Source: Octopus vulgaris | Taxonomy: Eukaryota | Reading direction: 5' to 3' | NCBI GenBank assembly: GCA_951406725.2 | Contig: OX597834.1 | Location: forward strand, 43,772,001 to 43,836,000 | DNA: 64,000 nucleotides | Part shown: piece after piece, positions 42,084 through 56,120 of the stretch | How positions within the stretch are numbered: position 1 is the first letter of the stretch | Layout: each line of letters starts with the position of its first letter | Translations under genes and position numbers: made by a program | Notes under the pieces: generated by a model | Seen by the model: only the letters and a program-made list of their open reading frames with translations | What the model was told of the DNA's origin: nothing | Databases searched by the model: none

Positions 42084-42158
42084 TATAAATTACATATATA
42101 TATGTATATATAAATATATTTATGTACAGATGCATATATTGTATATGCGTGCGTACAT

Positions 42159-42196
<38 letters not shown>

Positions 42197-42349
42197 GTGT
42201 TAGACATGTTGAAGCGCTGTGATAGTATCGTCTGATTTACACACTTTCTATTGATAGTAATGAAACCATTCTAAACCAGTTCCTGGTCAACAATGACCGT
42301 AATTGCAATATACTCTTTGCCAAATATAATTACTTCTGTTTCTCACTCT

Positions 42350-42400
<51 letters not shown>

Positions 42401-43455
42401 TCTCTCTCTCTCTCTCTCTCCTTCTCTCTCTCTCTCTCTCTCTCTCCTGTTCGCTCGCTCTCGTCGTCTATTACAATCTTCGTGTTTAAAACCTCATTCG
42501 AATATATAATTAATAACCATGATGATGATGATGATGATGATGATGCTGACGATGATGATGACGATAGCAGTAATAATAGCAGCAATAACAACTACAAAAC
42601 CAAGAAGAAATTTTTTTTTAAATAATAATAATGATAATAATAATAACAAAAACAACAACTGTAGCAGCAGCAACAATAATAGCTATAGTGAAAATAGTGA
42701 TAGAAGAAGAAGAAGCAGAAGAAGAAGACGAAGAAGAGGAGGAGGAGGAAGAGGCTGGTGATGATGATGATAACTACGACGGCGACGATGACAAAGAGGA
42801 AAAAGAAGAAAAAAGAATTAAATGAAGAAATCCATAAAAGGAAAGCTAATTAATTCATTGACATTAAAATCTAATCTATTCATTACGTCACATTTTCATT
42901 CCCAATAGATGATTTCTCGTTTGTTTTTGTTGTTCTTCTTCTTCTTTGTTTGTATTCTTCATTCTATCGGTACTGTGTTATACAATCGTATTTAAAAATA
43001 GCAGCTAAATCCTTTCTCAAATTATAGGCTGGAAGAAAGAAATCTTAGATAAAGTAAACTATTGCCGTTCAAAAAGAGAGAAAAAAAATGGCGGGCGGTC
43101 AAATTTGCAAAAGCCTGACGACACGACCCCGAAGCAAGACTACAGCGATAGAACAAAATGGTGGAAATTGTCCAGCAACAACGACAACTAATTAGTTTGT
43201 TGTCGTTTCTATTTATTTAGGATTCATTCTGTGTTCGTATTACAACAATTAAGCCTCGTTAACACTGTTTAGTTTGTCAGATGGCGGACCTGCTGGAAAA
43301 TCGAGACTGCTTTTAAGTAACGAACGAAGAGCTACCGGCATATCAAATACAGACGGCTTACGGTTGGGCTACGCGCGCGTGTGTATGTGTCTCTGTGTGC
43401 ATATGTGTATGTGTGCGCGCGCGTGTGTGTGTATCTATCGATAACTACATGTTAG

Positions 43456-43556
<101 letters not shown>

Positions 43557-43896
43557 TTATGTATATATATATATTTATATATATACACATGTGTGCGTAT
43601 GTGCATATGTATATATATGTACATAACACTAATGCACACATGTACATACATGTCGATGTATGTAGATATGTGCGTAAATACGTATGTGTATATATATATA
43701 TATATATATAGGTGTGTGTGTGCGTGTATGTATACTTACATACAAATATATATGCGTATATATGAATATATATATATGCATGTCTATATATTTATATACA
43801 TGCGTGCTTATATATATATATAATGTGTGTATATATAGAGTGAGAGTGAGAGAGAGGTATAAACATATATTATGTATATAGTATATATATATATAT

Positions 43897-43939
<43 letters not shown>

Positions 43940-44074
43940 ATAATAATGATAATTTCTTAAATAACCAGAAGATGGGTCGAAGCTACCATTGTACAAGATG
44001 AAAATTAATACCAAATCCATCTTCAGGTTACTAAAGAAATTTTTATTATTATTATTATTATTATTAATATTATA

Positions 44075-44110
<36 letters not shown>

Positions 44111-44157
44111 GTTATTGTTGTTATTATTATTATTATTGTTATTATTATATATACATA

Positions 44158-44231
<74 letters not shown>

Positions 44232-44635
44232 ACGCGTCGGTCTCGAGGGGCCATAGATCTGCGCCCCAAAATTTCGTGTCAGTTACTGTTTGTGGTGCAG
44301 CGGCTGTAGAGGCCCACACGGGAGTGGCAGTCACGCATAGAGCGACTGCATTTGAAGGAGCTCTCTGCCAGGGGCTAATGGGTTTTCCTTCTGTCGAGTA
44401 CGCTCTTCTTTGATGGCCTGTACCTGTTTTTGCTTCCGCTCTCTTCATTCCCTTTCGCAGTATTTGCCTCCTCCAGGGATGGGGTCTATCATTAGCAGCC
44501 TCCTCCTGTTTCATGACGTCCAGATCAGGTGACTTCGTAACTCTCTTATAGGTATCTTTGAAAACGAAGATGAGGTCGTCCTCGCGCTCTTGTGCCAGTA
44601 TCCAATTCCCCCTTACAGGAGATCTTTTGGGAACA
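44158..44635 (-). mobile_element. RTE (BovB-like) LINE 3' end with (ACT)n tail
   Basis: FKDTYKRVTKS...AANDR...WRRQILRKGMKRAE and DCHSRVGLYS remnants; terminus CTCGAGACCGACGCGTT(ACT)n. Confidence 0.8.
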
Positions 44636-44639
44636 CACG

Positions 44640-44855
44640 TGTGTGCGTGTGGGGGTGTTTGTCCTCGCAACATCGCTTGACAACCGATGCGAGTGTGTTT
44701 ACGTCCCAGTAACTTAGCGGTTCTGCAAAAGAGACGGATAGAATAAGTACTAGGCTTATAAAGAATAAGTCCTGTGGTCGATTTGCTCGACTGAAGGCAG
44801 TGCTTCAGCATGGCCGCAGTCAAATGACTGACACAAGTAAAAGAATAAAAGAATA
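44640..44855 (+). mobile_element. SINE family D 3' half
   Basis: CATCGCTTGACAACCGATGC...CAAATGACTGACACAAGTAAAAGAATAAAAG. Confidence 0.85.
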
Positions 44856-44894
44856 TATGATAAAGGAACATATATATATATATACACACACACA

Positions 44895-45112
44895 CAGTAA
44901 TTCCTCGACTATCGCGGGTGTTACGTTCCAAAAACACCGCGATAGATGAAAATCCGCGAAGTAGAAACAGTACTGTGCTTCATATTTAATTTATTTTTAT
45001 AATTTGTATATATTTTTTTTATTAAAAATGCAAAACAACACCACGGAAGAATCAACATGATCTTGAGAAATAAACCGCGATAGGTGAACCGCGATATGGC
45101 GAGGGATTACTG
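44895..45112. mobile_element. Tigger/pogo-type MITE
   Basis: TIRs CAGTAATTCCTCGACTATCGCGG / CCGCGATATGGCGAGGGATTACTG followed by TA; subterminal CCGCGATAG repeats. Confidence 0.85.
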
Positions 45113-45148
45113 TATATATATAATTACATGTGTGTGCGTGTGTGTGTG

Positions 45149-45236
<88 letters not shown>

Positions 45237-45892
45237 TCTTGTGTATGTGTGAGCTTCTGTACTTGTGTTTTTGTACGGGTATGCAAATGCGTGAATATAC
45301 ATTTGGGTATATGTGTGTATAGGTAAGTGGGTGAGGATGTGTTTGTTTGAAGAACTAAGGAGACAATGTTCTTGTGTGTATGAATATATATATATATAAA
45401 TATGTGTGTGAGTGCGTGTGTTTGTGTGTGTATGTGTGTGGGTTGGTGTGTTCGTATCCATACATAATGGCGCTTGAGGAGGCATGCTGCTGTAATTTGA
45501 AAGAAATTTCCTTTGAGATGGATTTAAAGCTCAGGCACTGAGTGTAGGAATTGTCATTATGAAGACAGATCTGATAGGCCAACAGGAATGCCTGGAAACC
45601 CACAGACCCTCACGTACACACATAGATACACAATTACACTCTCTTATATATATATATATAAATATACGCCTGCACGAGAGATCATATATGTGAGAGCGTG
45701 TGTATCGTATACATTCAACTAATGTATACACATAAGTATGTATTTCCATAGATAAATCTATATAAAATTCCTTGTGTATATATGGATGAATTTACACTTT
45801 CCCTTGCATCCGATTGTGTGTATACATAAGTGTGTATGTATATATATATTTGCATATGTATATGTATGTACATATATATGTATATATATATA

Positions 45893-46001
<109 letters not shown>

Positions 46002-46192
46002 GTATATATATAAATATATAACTACTCACACACACTTACACATAAATATACACATACACATACTGACACCCATAATTCCATGTGTGCTTTGGGATCCACG
46101 AATGGACACCGGAAGTGAGAGGCATCGCCAATAAGACAGCTAGCTCTTATCTGATTAGTGATTATACACTAGCTTGCCTACACACACACACA

Positions 46193-46231
<39 letters not shown>

Positions 46232-46831
46232 ACACACATATGTATATATACATATGCATATTAACATACTTTAATGTGTGTTCATGTATGTAGATGTGTA
46301 CGTATGCGTGGCGTACTATCTATCTACTACAGCGCAGTCAGTCAGAATTAAAGATACAGTTCTCTGTCGGGCTTCCTACGAATCGATGTGGATGTAATTT
46401 CCGCCATAGATGTTGAGTTTGTAGCGAAATTAGAAAGGTAAACATTAAGTAAAAAGAGATTAGTTCGAATAGAATGAATCAAATAAACGTCTCCACTAAT
46501 ATCCTGCTGCAAATGCGTTGATAGAATAAAGAAATGACGGAATAACGGAATGATTAGAAGACATGTTGGTGGAATGAAAGACTAGAAGACAAAATGAATA
46601 AAGAAGCAGATCCTGTTTTATTTTGCATCTTTTTTGTTTTTGTTTTTCTTTTTTTTCGTTTCTTTTTTCGTTTTTTTATATCATTATTCAAAGTCTAGAT
46701 TATTGTTGCTGGTGTTGGATAGCAAGTTAGCACCCAGATCGACAATTATCGAGTGGGGCGGTGCATTTATGCAAGTATATGTGTATGTGCGTACGTGCGT
46801 GTGTATGTGTGTGTATACATATATATTCATA

Positions 46832-46908
<77 letters not shown>

Positions 46909-46909
46909 T

Positions 46910-47597
46910 TAGAAAGGTTTTGGTCAGTATTGGCCCAGGCCATGTCTAACTTAATAGTACCACCTCTTAGGATTATTTAAATCCTTTTTAAGTCAAGTTT
47001 TGTGGTATCATGGTCCATTCGAGTAGTGAGTTCTTGTTGAGTGAGTTGTATCCAGGTATGGTTGGCTTATCTGGTATTCCTTGAAGGAATCTATCCAGAC
47101 TCCGTTTAAAGTTGATGGGATCCTTTTCCTCTTTGATCAGTTTTGGGACAATATTAAATAGGGCAGGAAAAGAAATTATGTTGCAGTGTACATGTATGCT
47201 GTGATCTTGAATTGGGCAGGGGACGTATGGCCCGTGGTCCCAGTCTTGGATGAACCTTGAAACTAATGTTCAGGTCGTTTGGGCAATACTGGCAGTATAT
47301 TCTCCCCATCTTGCAAATGATGTACCGCTCGCAGCGACGCTGGAGAGAATAGAGTTTCAAGGCTTTAAGGCGGTCCCAGTAATCGAGATCAGTCATGTCC
47401 TTAATTTATTTGGTGAATGTCCTCTGGGGTGATTCAATTTTCGAGATGTTTTGTTCTGTATGGGGAGACCACAGGGGGCAGCGGTATTCGAGACGTGGCC
47501 GTACAAACGAGGAGAAAAGTGGAATGATGACATCTTGTTCTCAGGACCGGAAGGTTCTTAAGATCCAGGAGCTCATCCTACGAGCTATATCGACCAT
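46910..47597 (-). mobile_element. CR1-clade LINE, 5'-truncated ORF2 C-terminus and 3' UTR
   Basis: WILRTFRS...FSSFVRPRLEYRCPLWSPH...IESPQRTFTK*IKDMTDLDYWDRLKALKLYSLQRRCERY; in-frame stops; 3' end abuts (TA)n. Confidence 0.9.
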
Positions 47598-48170
47598 ATT
47601 TGAAATATACATGTATTTACATATGCGTATATATACACCTAATATAAATATATGCAGATGGATATACATTTATACACATACATCAAATATATATACATAT
47701 ATGAAAACATAAACATGTCTTTGCTTGTCTATAAAGAGAGAAAAGCGTCAGGCTTTGGAGAGGCAGGCAGACACACAGACAGACAAAGCAAGAAGAGAAA
47801 GCAGGTTGAGAGTTTAATAGATTTATAGAATAAATAAAAGAACTGCATAATTTGTAAGGCTCAAAGTTTTACTGTGACAAGTGTGGTCCATGCGAACCGA
47901 AAACCCAAAGAGACTTGTTACTTGATCCCCTAACTTGGTGAAACCCCCTTTAAACCTCCATTTCATGCAGTATATACACATATGCGTCTCTGTGTGTATA
48001 TTGTGACATTAACACGAATAATTTCCAAGTTTCATTCTAAATAGACATTTTGGAGTGCACCCGTCGAACCGATTGTAAAGGACTTCATGATATAAAGGGT
48101 TAAACAATATCTCGAATGTTCGTCTCCTTTTTATATTTTAATATATAAATATATATTATATATATATATG

Positions 48171-48385
48171 CTCTTTTACTCTTTTACTTGTTTCAGTTAA
48201 TTGACTGTGGCCATGCTGGAGCACCGCTTTTAGTCGAGCAAATCGACCACAGGACTTATTCTATGTAAGCTTTGTACGTATTCTATCGGTGTCTTTTGCC
48301 GAACCGCTAAGTTACGGAGACGTAAACACACCAGCATCAGTTGTCAAGCGATGTTGTGGGGGACAAACACAGACACACAAACACA
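48171..48385 (-). mobile_element. SINE family D 3' half
   Basis: homologous to 14391-14600. Confidence 0.85.
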
Positions 48386-48386
48386 T

Positions 48387-48472
<86 letters not shown>

Positions 48473-49767
48473 CATGCGCAGTTTAGACATATGAATGGCT
48501 CTCAGTAAGACATGCTCGGAATGTTATGATACGCAATTGAAAAAATCTAGGCGAAAAGAAAAAAAAAATTAATAAATAAATAAAGGAAAATAGCAGAAAA
48601 TCGAATCAAATGGAGTGACTGCATAGATTTCATGATCATCTCTAATGTAAAACGCCCACTTCACCGTTTCCACATTATTAAAAGCCGGTGTATGTTTTAC
48701 GAGCAATTTCTCATGCATCACACGGTAAGCGATTTCGGTGAGTTTTTCAGAGATAAAGTTAGATTTTACAGTACTGATAATTCATTAAAGAAAACTAGAG
48801 AGAGGGAGAGAGAGAGAGGAAAAGAAAGAGGGAAAGAAAGAGGGTGAGAGGGAGAGAGATAGAAAGACGGAGAGAGTTTGAGACAGGGAGAACGGGCAAA
48901 GAGTGATTGAGTTGATGGCTTGAATTAAAACGAATCGGAGAGATGGATTTGGGAAAATAATCAAAGAGAGAGAAGATGTGTGACAAACACAGAGAAAGAG
49001 AAACAGAGAGAGACAAACAGACAGAGAGACAGAGAAAGCGAGAGACTGTGTGACAGAGAACGGATGAAGAGAGTCTGAGGCTGATGAGCGGAGACAGAGC
49101 TAGAGAGCGATGAACTGGAGAGATGAACTCGGAGAGATAACCAAAGAGAGAAAAACTGAGAGAGAAGGGCAGAGCGAGAGAGTGAGAGACTGAGTTAGAA
49201 ATAAAGATGGAAGGAAACGCGTAAAGGCAGAGAGAAAGAGAGAGAGAGAGAGAGAGAGGGGGGGGTGAAAGTGCAACAGAGATAGAAGAAGAGAGAGAGA
49301 GATTGGACTCTGTTAAGAGAAGACAGATTCCGAGAGATGGCGTCAGTCTGTGTGAGGGAGAAAGAAAGGGTAACTTAAGTAGAAAAAGAAATATGTGTGT
49401 ATAAGAGTTTATAGATACATAGAGAGAGAAGTGGGGGGTTAGATATATATATATATAGAGAGAGAGAGAAGCAAAATGTGAATGAGAGAGAGAGGGGGAG
49501 AGAGTGGGGTGGAAGGTGTGGGAGAAGCATTAGTGCAAGTTATCGTTTTAAGTGACACTCGAACGTTTTCCCTTGTGAACCGAAGCTTGCCAAACTCCAA
49601 TATGCCATTATACATATAAATACGTGTGTGTGTGTATGTGTATGTGTGTGTGTGTGCGAACGTATGATTGTGCATGCTTGTGTGTGCATATCTGTGTGTG
49701 TATGAGTCTGGATGTGCGTGTGAGCATGTGCGTGTATTTTCCATTAAATATATTTTATTTTATGCAC

Positions 49768-49798
<31 letters not shown>

Positions 49799-49915
49799 CA
49801 TGTGCGTGTATAATGTGTATATATTACACTCACTGTTTCTTCGTTTCTCCCGGAAGATTCCTCCACTAAGTATTGGAAATAAATTATCACGTCAAAGGGC
49901 TGTGTTATATATGTG

Positions 49916-49948
<33 letters not shown>

Positions 49949-49949
49949 G

Positions 49950-50018
<69 letters not shown>

Positions 50019-50466
50019 TCATATATACATATACATACATATATCTACATATATATATATATACATGTATATTTATGCATAGGTGTGAGTGTGTGAGGGT
50101 GTGTGCGTGTGTGTGTGTATGCATACATGTATATATTTACTAATAAAGCTTTTATTTTTTAATCTTTTCATATTACCAGAGTATGACAAATATTCAGAAC
50201 CAGCAGGAAATATTACACGTAGTTTATATTCCTCCAACAACAGTATTAAGCTGCTAACTTGAGTTCCCTAAAAGCTTTTTACAAAGGAACACCGTACTGT
50301 CAAAACAAGAAACGAAACAAAAAAGAAAAAAACGAAAAAAGGGAAAAAAAAAAGAAAAAGATCTTAAATGGAGAAAGAGAGAAAGAATAAGTTAAAGGAG
50401 GGGAGGACGGAGAGAAGAGGGTGGGTGAAAGTGCGAAAGCAAGGGCGTCTGTTTGGAAGATAAATC

Positions 50467-50497
<31 letters not shown>

Positions 50498-50624
50498 GCA
50501 CGGTTTGCATGCGAGTATATAAGGTAAACACACACACACGCACACACATACTCACACACGCACACACACACATATATATGGGTAGATACGTGTGTATAGA
50601 CATGCAAGTATATGCACATATAAC

Positions 50625-50675
<51 letters not shown>

Positions 50676-50827
50676 ATATATATCGGTGAGTATGTGTGTG
50701 TATAGACATGCAGGTATATGGACATATATGTGTGTATTTCTATATATATATATGTGTGTGTACATATATATAGAGGTAGATAGATAGAGAGAGAGAGATA
50801 GGTAGATAGATAGATAGATAGATAGAT

Positions 50828-50892
<65 letters not shown>

Positions 50893-51439
50893 TGGAGATA
50901 GTGTAAAATTGATTGAGACAGGTAGAAACGGATAAAGTAATGAAAAGAGAAAGGAAAGTAATTGTAGAGGGACAAAAGACGAAGATGATGGAGGAGAATA
51001 AATAAGAAGAAGGTGAGAAGGAGAGGAAGGAGAGATGGGTACTTGATAAAGGAGAGTAAAAATTAACGAAGGTATTCAAGGCGTAATCAAGATACAAAAA
51101 GGTGAGCAAAGCTTGGGGAGAGAGAGGAATGGAGACAGAGTGGAAGAAATGGAGGGTGAGATGGAGAGGTGAGATAGAGAGGTGGAGAGACAGAGAGAAC
51201 AATAGTGGAGGGAGATGAGAGAGAGAGAAAGGAAGGAGAGAGATGAGGAGGGTAGAAGAAGAGGGATAGAAAGTGTGATGAGAGAGAAACTGAGAGAGAT
51301 GAAAACAAAGAGGAACAGAGAAATAGAGTTAGAGAGAGCAACGGCAAAGTAATTTATTTTACTAAGCCCTTTTATATAATATATATATATATATATATTC
51401 ATTAGCCATGATAGATCAGTAGCCACTACACACATTTTT

Positions 51440-51589
51440 TCTCTCCTTGTTTTTTTCTGTGTTCTTTTCTGTGGAAGAGCGTAGGCACGAAACGTTAAAG
51501 ACTTTTTCAATTCCCGAGCGTTATACTAATACATCTGTTTGTTGTCTACACCACCTGTCTTCGTCTTTTGTTTTTTTCGTGAATTCTTC

Positions 51590-51595
<6 letters not shown>
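51440..51595 (+). mobile_element. short repeat with variant hammerhead-like motif, ending at (TA)n
   Basis: reverse complement of 55805-55934; motif CUGUGGA A GAGC guag GCAC GAA ACGU U aaag at 51469-51500. Confidence 0.75.
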
Positions 51596-51636
<41 letters not shown>

Positions 51637-52192
51637 TAAGAGAAAGAAAATTAAAAGATGGTGTGAAGTTGTGAAGAGTAAAATGACGTGAGGAGAGAAT
51701 ATAATAAAATGTGAAATAAAGAAAAAGGAGAGAGAGAGTGATAGAAAGAGGCAGAGGAAGATAATGAGGCGTATAATAGGGCATAGAGAGGACGTGAGAG
51801 AGGCAGAAAATAGAGAGGTGCAGAACAGGACATAGAGTGAATCAACCATGATTTTCATTTTACTTGTCTGGAGTAGTCATAGCAGGAAGGGGAGTTCCTA
51901 TGACGCCTGTGGAGGTCTCCGAGACTTCAGCACTGAGGTTAGTCGAACATCCACAGCTGAAGAAAGGCGTAACACGTCAAGATATCGAGTCCTCTCCTCA
52001 GACCAAATGTTTGCAATGGAACTTTCTCATGTAAAGAGATCCAAAGACCGAGTTATAGTGTTAAACATGACCTCCTACCCAAATGCAACAATTTATTTCT
52101 TCTGTTCGCAATACTAACGACATTCATATTGCTGTTTTGTTTTATTTGCAATAAATATAAAAATAATAAAACATAAAGACAACCATTGATCA

Positions 52193-52237
<45 letters not shown>

Positions 52238-53129
52238 CCTCTCTGTTTATCACTCCATCTGCTTTAACTCTATCTGTCTAACCATCTTTATCTCCGGTTA
52301 TATTAAACAGAAAGCACAACAACCAGAATGTTCGGTGAAACAGTGTCACCAATTTTCCCATTAAAAAACTAAAAATGTTCAAAGATAGACCGACTGGCAA
52401 CGTCATAATATCACCTAGACCCCCCCACACACACACACACACACTTTTTTTCCATATCAGAATATTAATTATAATAAACGTGTTTATTAAAAATTAACAA
52501 TACTGCATTTTCGATAAAAGGTTAAATAACGGTTCCACATAATCATACGATAGGCAGACGGCTGTGATTAAAATAAAAAGTAAATATCTCTCTCTTTATT
52601 TAATTTTATTTTTATTACATTTTTTAAATAAAGGTCTAGAAATAATTATTTCTTTTTTTTTCTATATAACCTTTTATTTTATATAATGTTTCGTTCTCCC
52701 ACCTCTCTCTCCCTCCCTCCCCCTCTCTCTCTCTCTCTCTCTCGTTCTCTCTCTTTCTATCAAAAATTGAGATTGGTTTTAAATACTTCATTTAGCGTCT
52801 CTGCACGTAATTTCAAAGAATTTAATTCAATTAATGCAATGTCAGATCGGTCTCTCGACTGTTTTCATTTTCTAATGACCGCTTTAACCTGATTGATATT
52901 TTTCATTCATTTAGGGGAGTGAGGTGAAGGTGCGGGTATCGATAGAGGTGTGAACAGGTTAATATACGATAGACAGGGAGCTGCCGTAGCCGTGTGATTA
53001 GAAAGATTGCAGCAAAATCGTTTGGTTCCGGAATCCATTTTTGGTAAATGTTCTTACTGTGACTTTCGCTTTTCTCACACATTGTAAGCGCTTTTTTTTC
53101 CTTTTCCTGTTTTATCTCTGTTTCATTTT

Positions 53130-54790
53130 TTTTTTTAGCTCCGGGATTCATAAGGCCAATGCCCTGGTTTCCAAAGAATATAAGAGGCCAGGGTTACAGC
53201 ATTTCCATGACTGACACGACGATGCGTTTCAGGGTTTAAGGTCAACAGTTTTGAGGCGGGGGGGATGAATATATTACTTGAACCCCAGTACTTGACTGGT
53301 ACTTCATCCCGGAGGAATAAAATGCAAGAACACAGCCCGGTCCGGACCCTGATAAAGAAAAAAGGTGCGGATAGCTTCAAGTTGTACAGTATAGCTAATA
53401 AACAACTAGAAACACTGCTGCAGAGAGTACCTGGGTTTTCTAGAGGAACTGATATGAAATTTGTGCTATTAAATTGTGCAAAGTCGAACTTGTTGAGAGA
53501 AAAATTAATTAACAACAGTAATGTTAAATTAAATAAAGATATATAACAGAGTCATAGCAAACAAAGGCTCACGAGTACATAGAAACCAATGAATTAGACG
53601 GATTGTGACTAACAAATGAAAGAAATGTCTGCGATGGAATATTAGATTAATACTTTGAACAGAACTAAATGCAAAAGATAAAGTAATTACGCATCAGCTC
53701 TCTAAGAGTCCCATCGATAACACGTAGTGATTATATTCTGAGATAATAATTGATTACTTTTAGAATACACCACAAACAATATCGCAGAGAAAGAATATAT
53801 ATTCTTCAAATGCAAGGAAGTGGGAGCTTGCAAATAGAAAACTGTTACAAGATATTTGCCATATGATTGCCGAAATATCTAGTAACGAACAATGGTAAAC
53901 TAATGTCTGCAAAATAGAAATAAAACAGGAAACTTTCCGTCTGTAAGGAAAGGAATAAAAAATAGGATAAAAGCTGAGCTAACAGACGCAACTGAGGGGA
54001 AAGGAGAAACTATGAATATTGTTAAAAACTTAAAACGAAGTTGTGAATGGCGCTAAATGCTAAAACGAAGGAAAGAAGAGCTTTTTATTACAGACTAGGG
54101 AACGACGTGGGAATAGGTATTTAAAAAAACGTATCAAGAATGGTTGAGAAGCGCTGGACTGAAAGCTGTGGCTAAAGAAATGCTGGTTGCGACACAGCAT
54201 GTATATGTTGCCATAAGGGAGATCGAAACATGTGTACAGAATGCAATAAGTAACTTGGGACTATGTGGAAGTTGTGGGTAAACAACTTATTGCTTTGTTT
54301 CTGCTTGCCCAGTCCTTGCCCAGTTCTAGCCGAGAGACCAAGGGCTTACGAACACTGGGGACTATGACAGCCTTTTTTAAATACCTACTGAAAGAGGTGT
54401 TATGAAAATACAATACAAAAGTTATCAGACATTATAAAGCGGCTGTATTCTAGGATAGCCAATCGACATAAGTATGAAGATCAAGAGAAATCGACTGGAT
54501 ATTGTTGCAAAATAGCACCATGAAAGGAATTGCATTCTGGTCGATGCATCAGTCCAAATAAGCGACAGCATATCTCTGAAAGAAATGGAGGAATTGTCCG
54601 AATATAAACATCAGAAGATTAAAAACAGAAAGAAGCTTTATATTAATAGTTGCCTTGGGAATGGTTAAAAAAGTATGCAGATGAATACCAAAAACCTCAT
54701 AATGCAGAAATAAGTACGACATGCAAACAATAATTACACTACTAAGAAATGTACACTTATTAGGTGGAGTCTCGTCAATGCAATCTAAGG
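53130..54790 (+). mobile_element. old R4/Dong-clade (restriction-like endonuclease) non-LTR relic
   Basis: ADSFKLYSIANKQLETLLQRVPGFSRGTDMKFVLLNCAK (RT YxDD region, 53367), GLKAVAKEMLVATQ, LCGSCG...FVSACPVLA (zinc knuckle), NRLDIV...CILVDASV (PD-D endonuclease), in the expected order. Confidence 0.85.
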
Positions 54791-54966
54791 TACAAAAGCA
54801 TGGCAAAATATTGCAGCAGCCCAGGGAGCACAGAGACAGACGATCGGGTGCGCAGTAAAAAAAACCCGCCTAATGAAAATACATTTATTGAACAAATAAG
54901 AATCCTTTTTACTGGCCAAAAGTATTCAAAGGTGTACAACAACAGTAAAAGAACGACGACGACGAC

Positions 54967-55042
<76 letters not shown>

Positions 55043-55043
55043 T

Positions 55044-55513
55044 GTCCCAATCGATATAAATGTATCTGTCAAGACCTACCAAAAACTGAGCAAATATAAA
55101 GATCTTGAAATAGAAATCAGCAAAATGTGGAAGCTGAAGACTAAAACAATACCTGTTGTCATAGGTGCCCTGGGAAGGATAGCGAAAGGGACTGATTGCT
55201 ACCTAACTCAGATACCAGGAAACCCCAAAATGGCAGAAATTCAAAAGATAGTGCTCATGGGAACTGCTCATATCCTACACAAAATACTTTCTATGTAATC
55301 TCAAGGTTTAAAACAAACATAATTTTCGGTTTAAAAAAAAAAAAAAAAAAAAATTTTTTTTTTTAGACATTCATTAGTACAACACCCCCACCCCCCAAAT
55401 ATATGGCACACTAGGCATAACAACAACATGAACTTCCAACCCTGTTGTCTCTTGAGGTCTCTGGGTGAGACTTGGAGCCAACTTGTACAAATATAAAGCA
55501 AAAGTCAAACATA

Positions 55514-55514
<1 letters not shown>
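55044..55514 (+). mobile_element. young 5'-truncated R4/Dong-clade element within (AAT)n
   Basis: 55044-55298 is an open frame: VPIDINVSVKTYQKLSKYKDLEIEISKMWKLKTKTIPVVIGALG...LMGTAHILHKILSM*; (AAT)n on both sides. Confidence 0.92.
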
Positions 55515-55592
<78 letters not shown>

Positions 55593-55628
55593 CTCAAGTA
55601 CAAGACAAAACTTGAAACTAAACAACAT

Positions 55629-56120
55629 TGGCTGTGTGGTAAGTAGCTTGCTTACCAACCACATGGTTCTGGGTTCAGTCCCACTGCGTGGCAACTTGGG
55701 CAAGTGTCTTCTATTATAGCCTCGGGCGGATCAAAGCCTTGTGAGTGGATTTGGTAGACGGAAACTGAAAGAAGCCCGTCGTATATATATGTATATATAT
55801 ATATAGGGAGAGTTTACGAAAAAACAAAAGACGAAGACAGGTGGTGTACAAAACAAACAGATGTATTAGTATAACGCTCAGGAATAGAAAAAGTCTTTTA
55901 CGTTTCGAGCCTACGCTCTTCTACAGAAAGGAACCTGTCTCCCCAACATCACTTGACAACCGATGCTGGTGTGTTTACGTCCACATAACTTAGCGGTTCG
56001 GCAAAAGAGACTGATAGAATAAGTACTAGGCTTACAAAGAATAAGTCCTGGGGTCGATTTGCTTTTACTAAAGGCGGTGCTCCAGCATGACCACAGTCAA
56101 ATGACTGAAACAAGTAAGAG
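55629..56120 (+). mobile_element. SINE family D (CORE-like), near full length with nested insert
   Basis: TGGCTGTGTGGTAAG A box, GGTTCAGTCCC B box, CTTGGGCAAGTGTCTT core, internal (TA)n, tail to GAAACAAGTAAGAG. Confidence 0.9.
55805..55934 (-). mobile_element. short repeat with variant hammerhead-like motif (second copy)
   Basis: minus strand 55930-55895: cuuu CUGUAGA A GAGC guag GCUC GAA ACGU A aaag. Confidence 0.75.

Noticed and set aside
43000-43140. AAAATGGCG (YY1-like) promoter hint
   Set aside because: Appears to lie in a decayed repeat fragment; no other promoter evidence.
44023-44937. Longest ORF (304 aa)
   Set aside because: Chance read-through across MITE, SINE D, a frameshifted RTE end and simple repeats.
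51950-51995. CTGAAGAAAGGCG... hammerhead-like start; also CTGATGAGC at 49081
   Set aside because: No GAAA closing a stem II; too degenerate to call.
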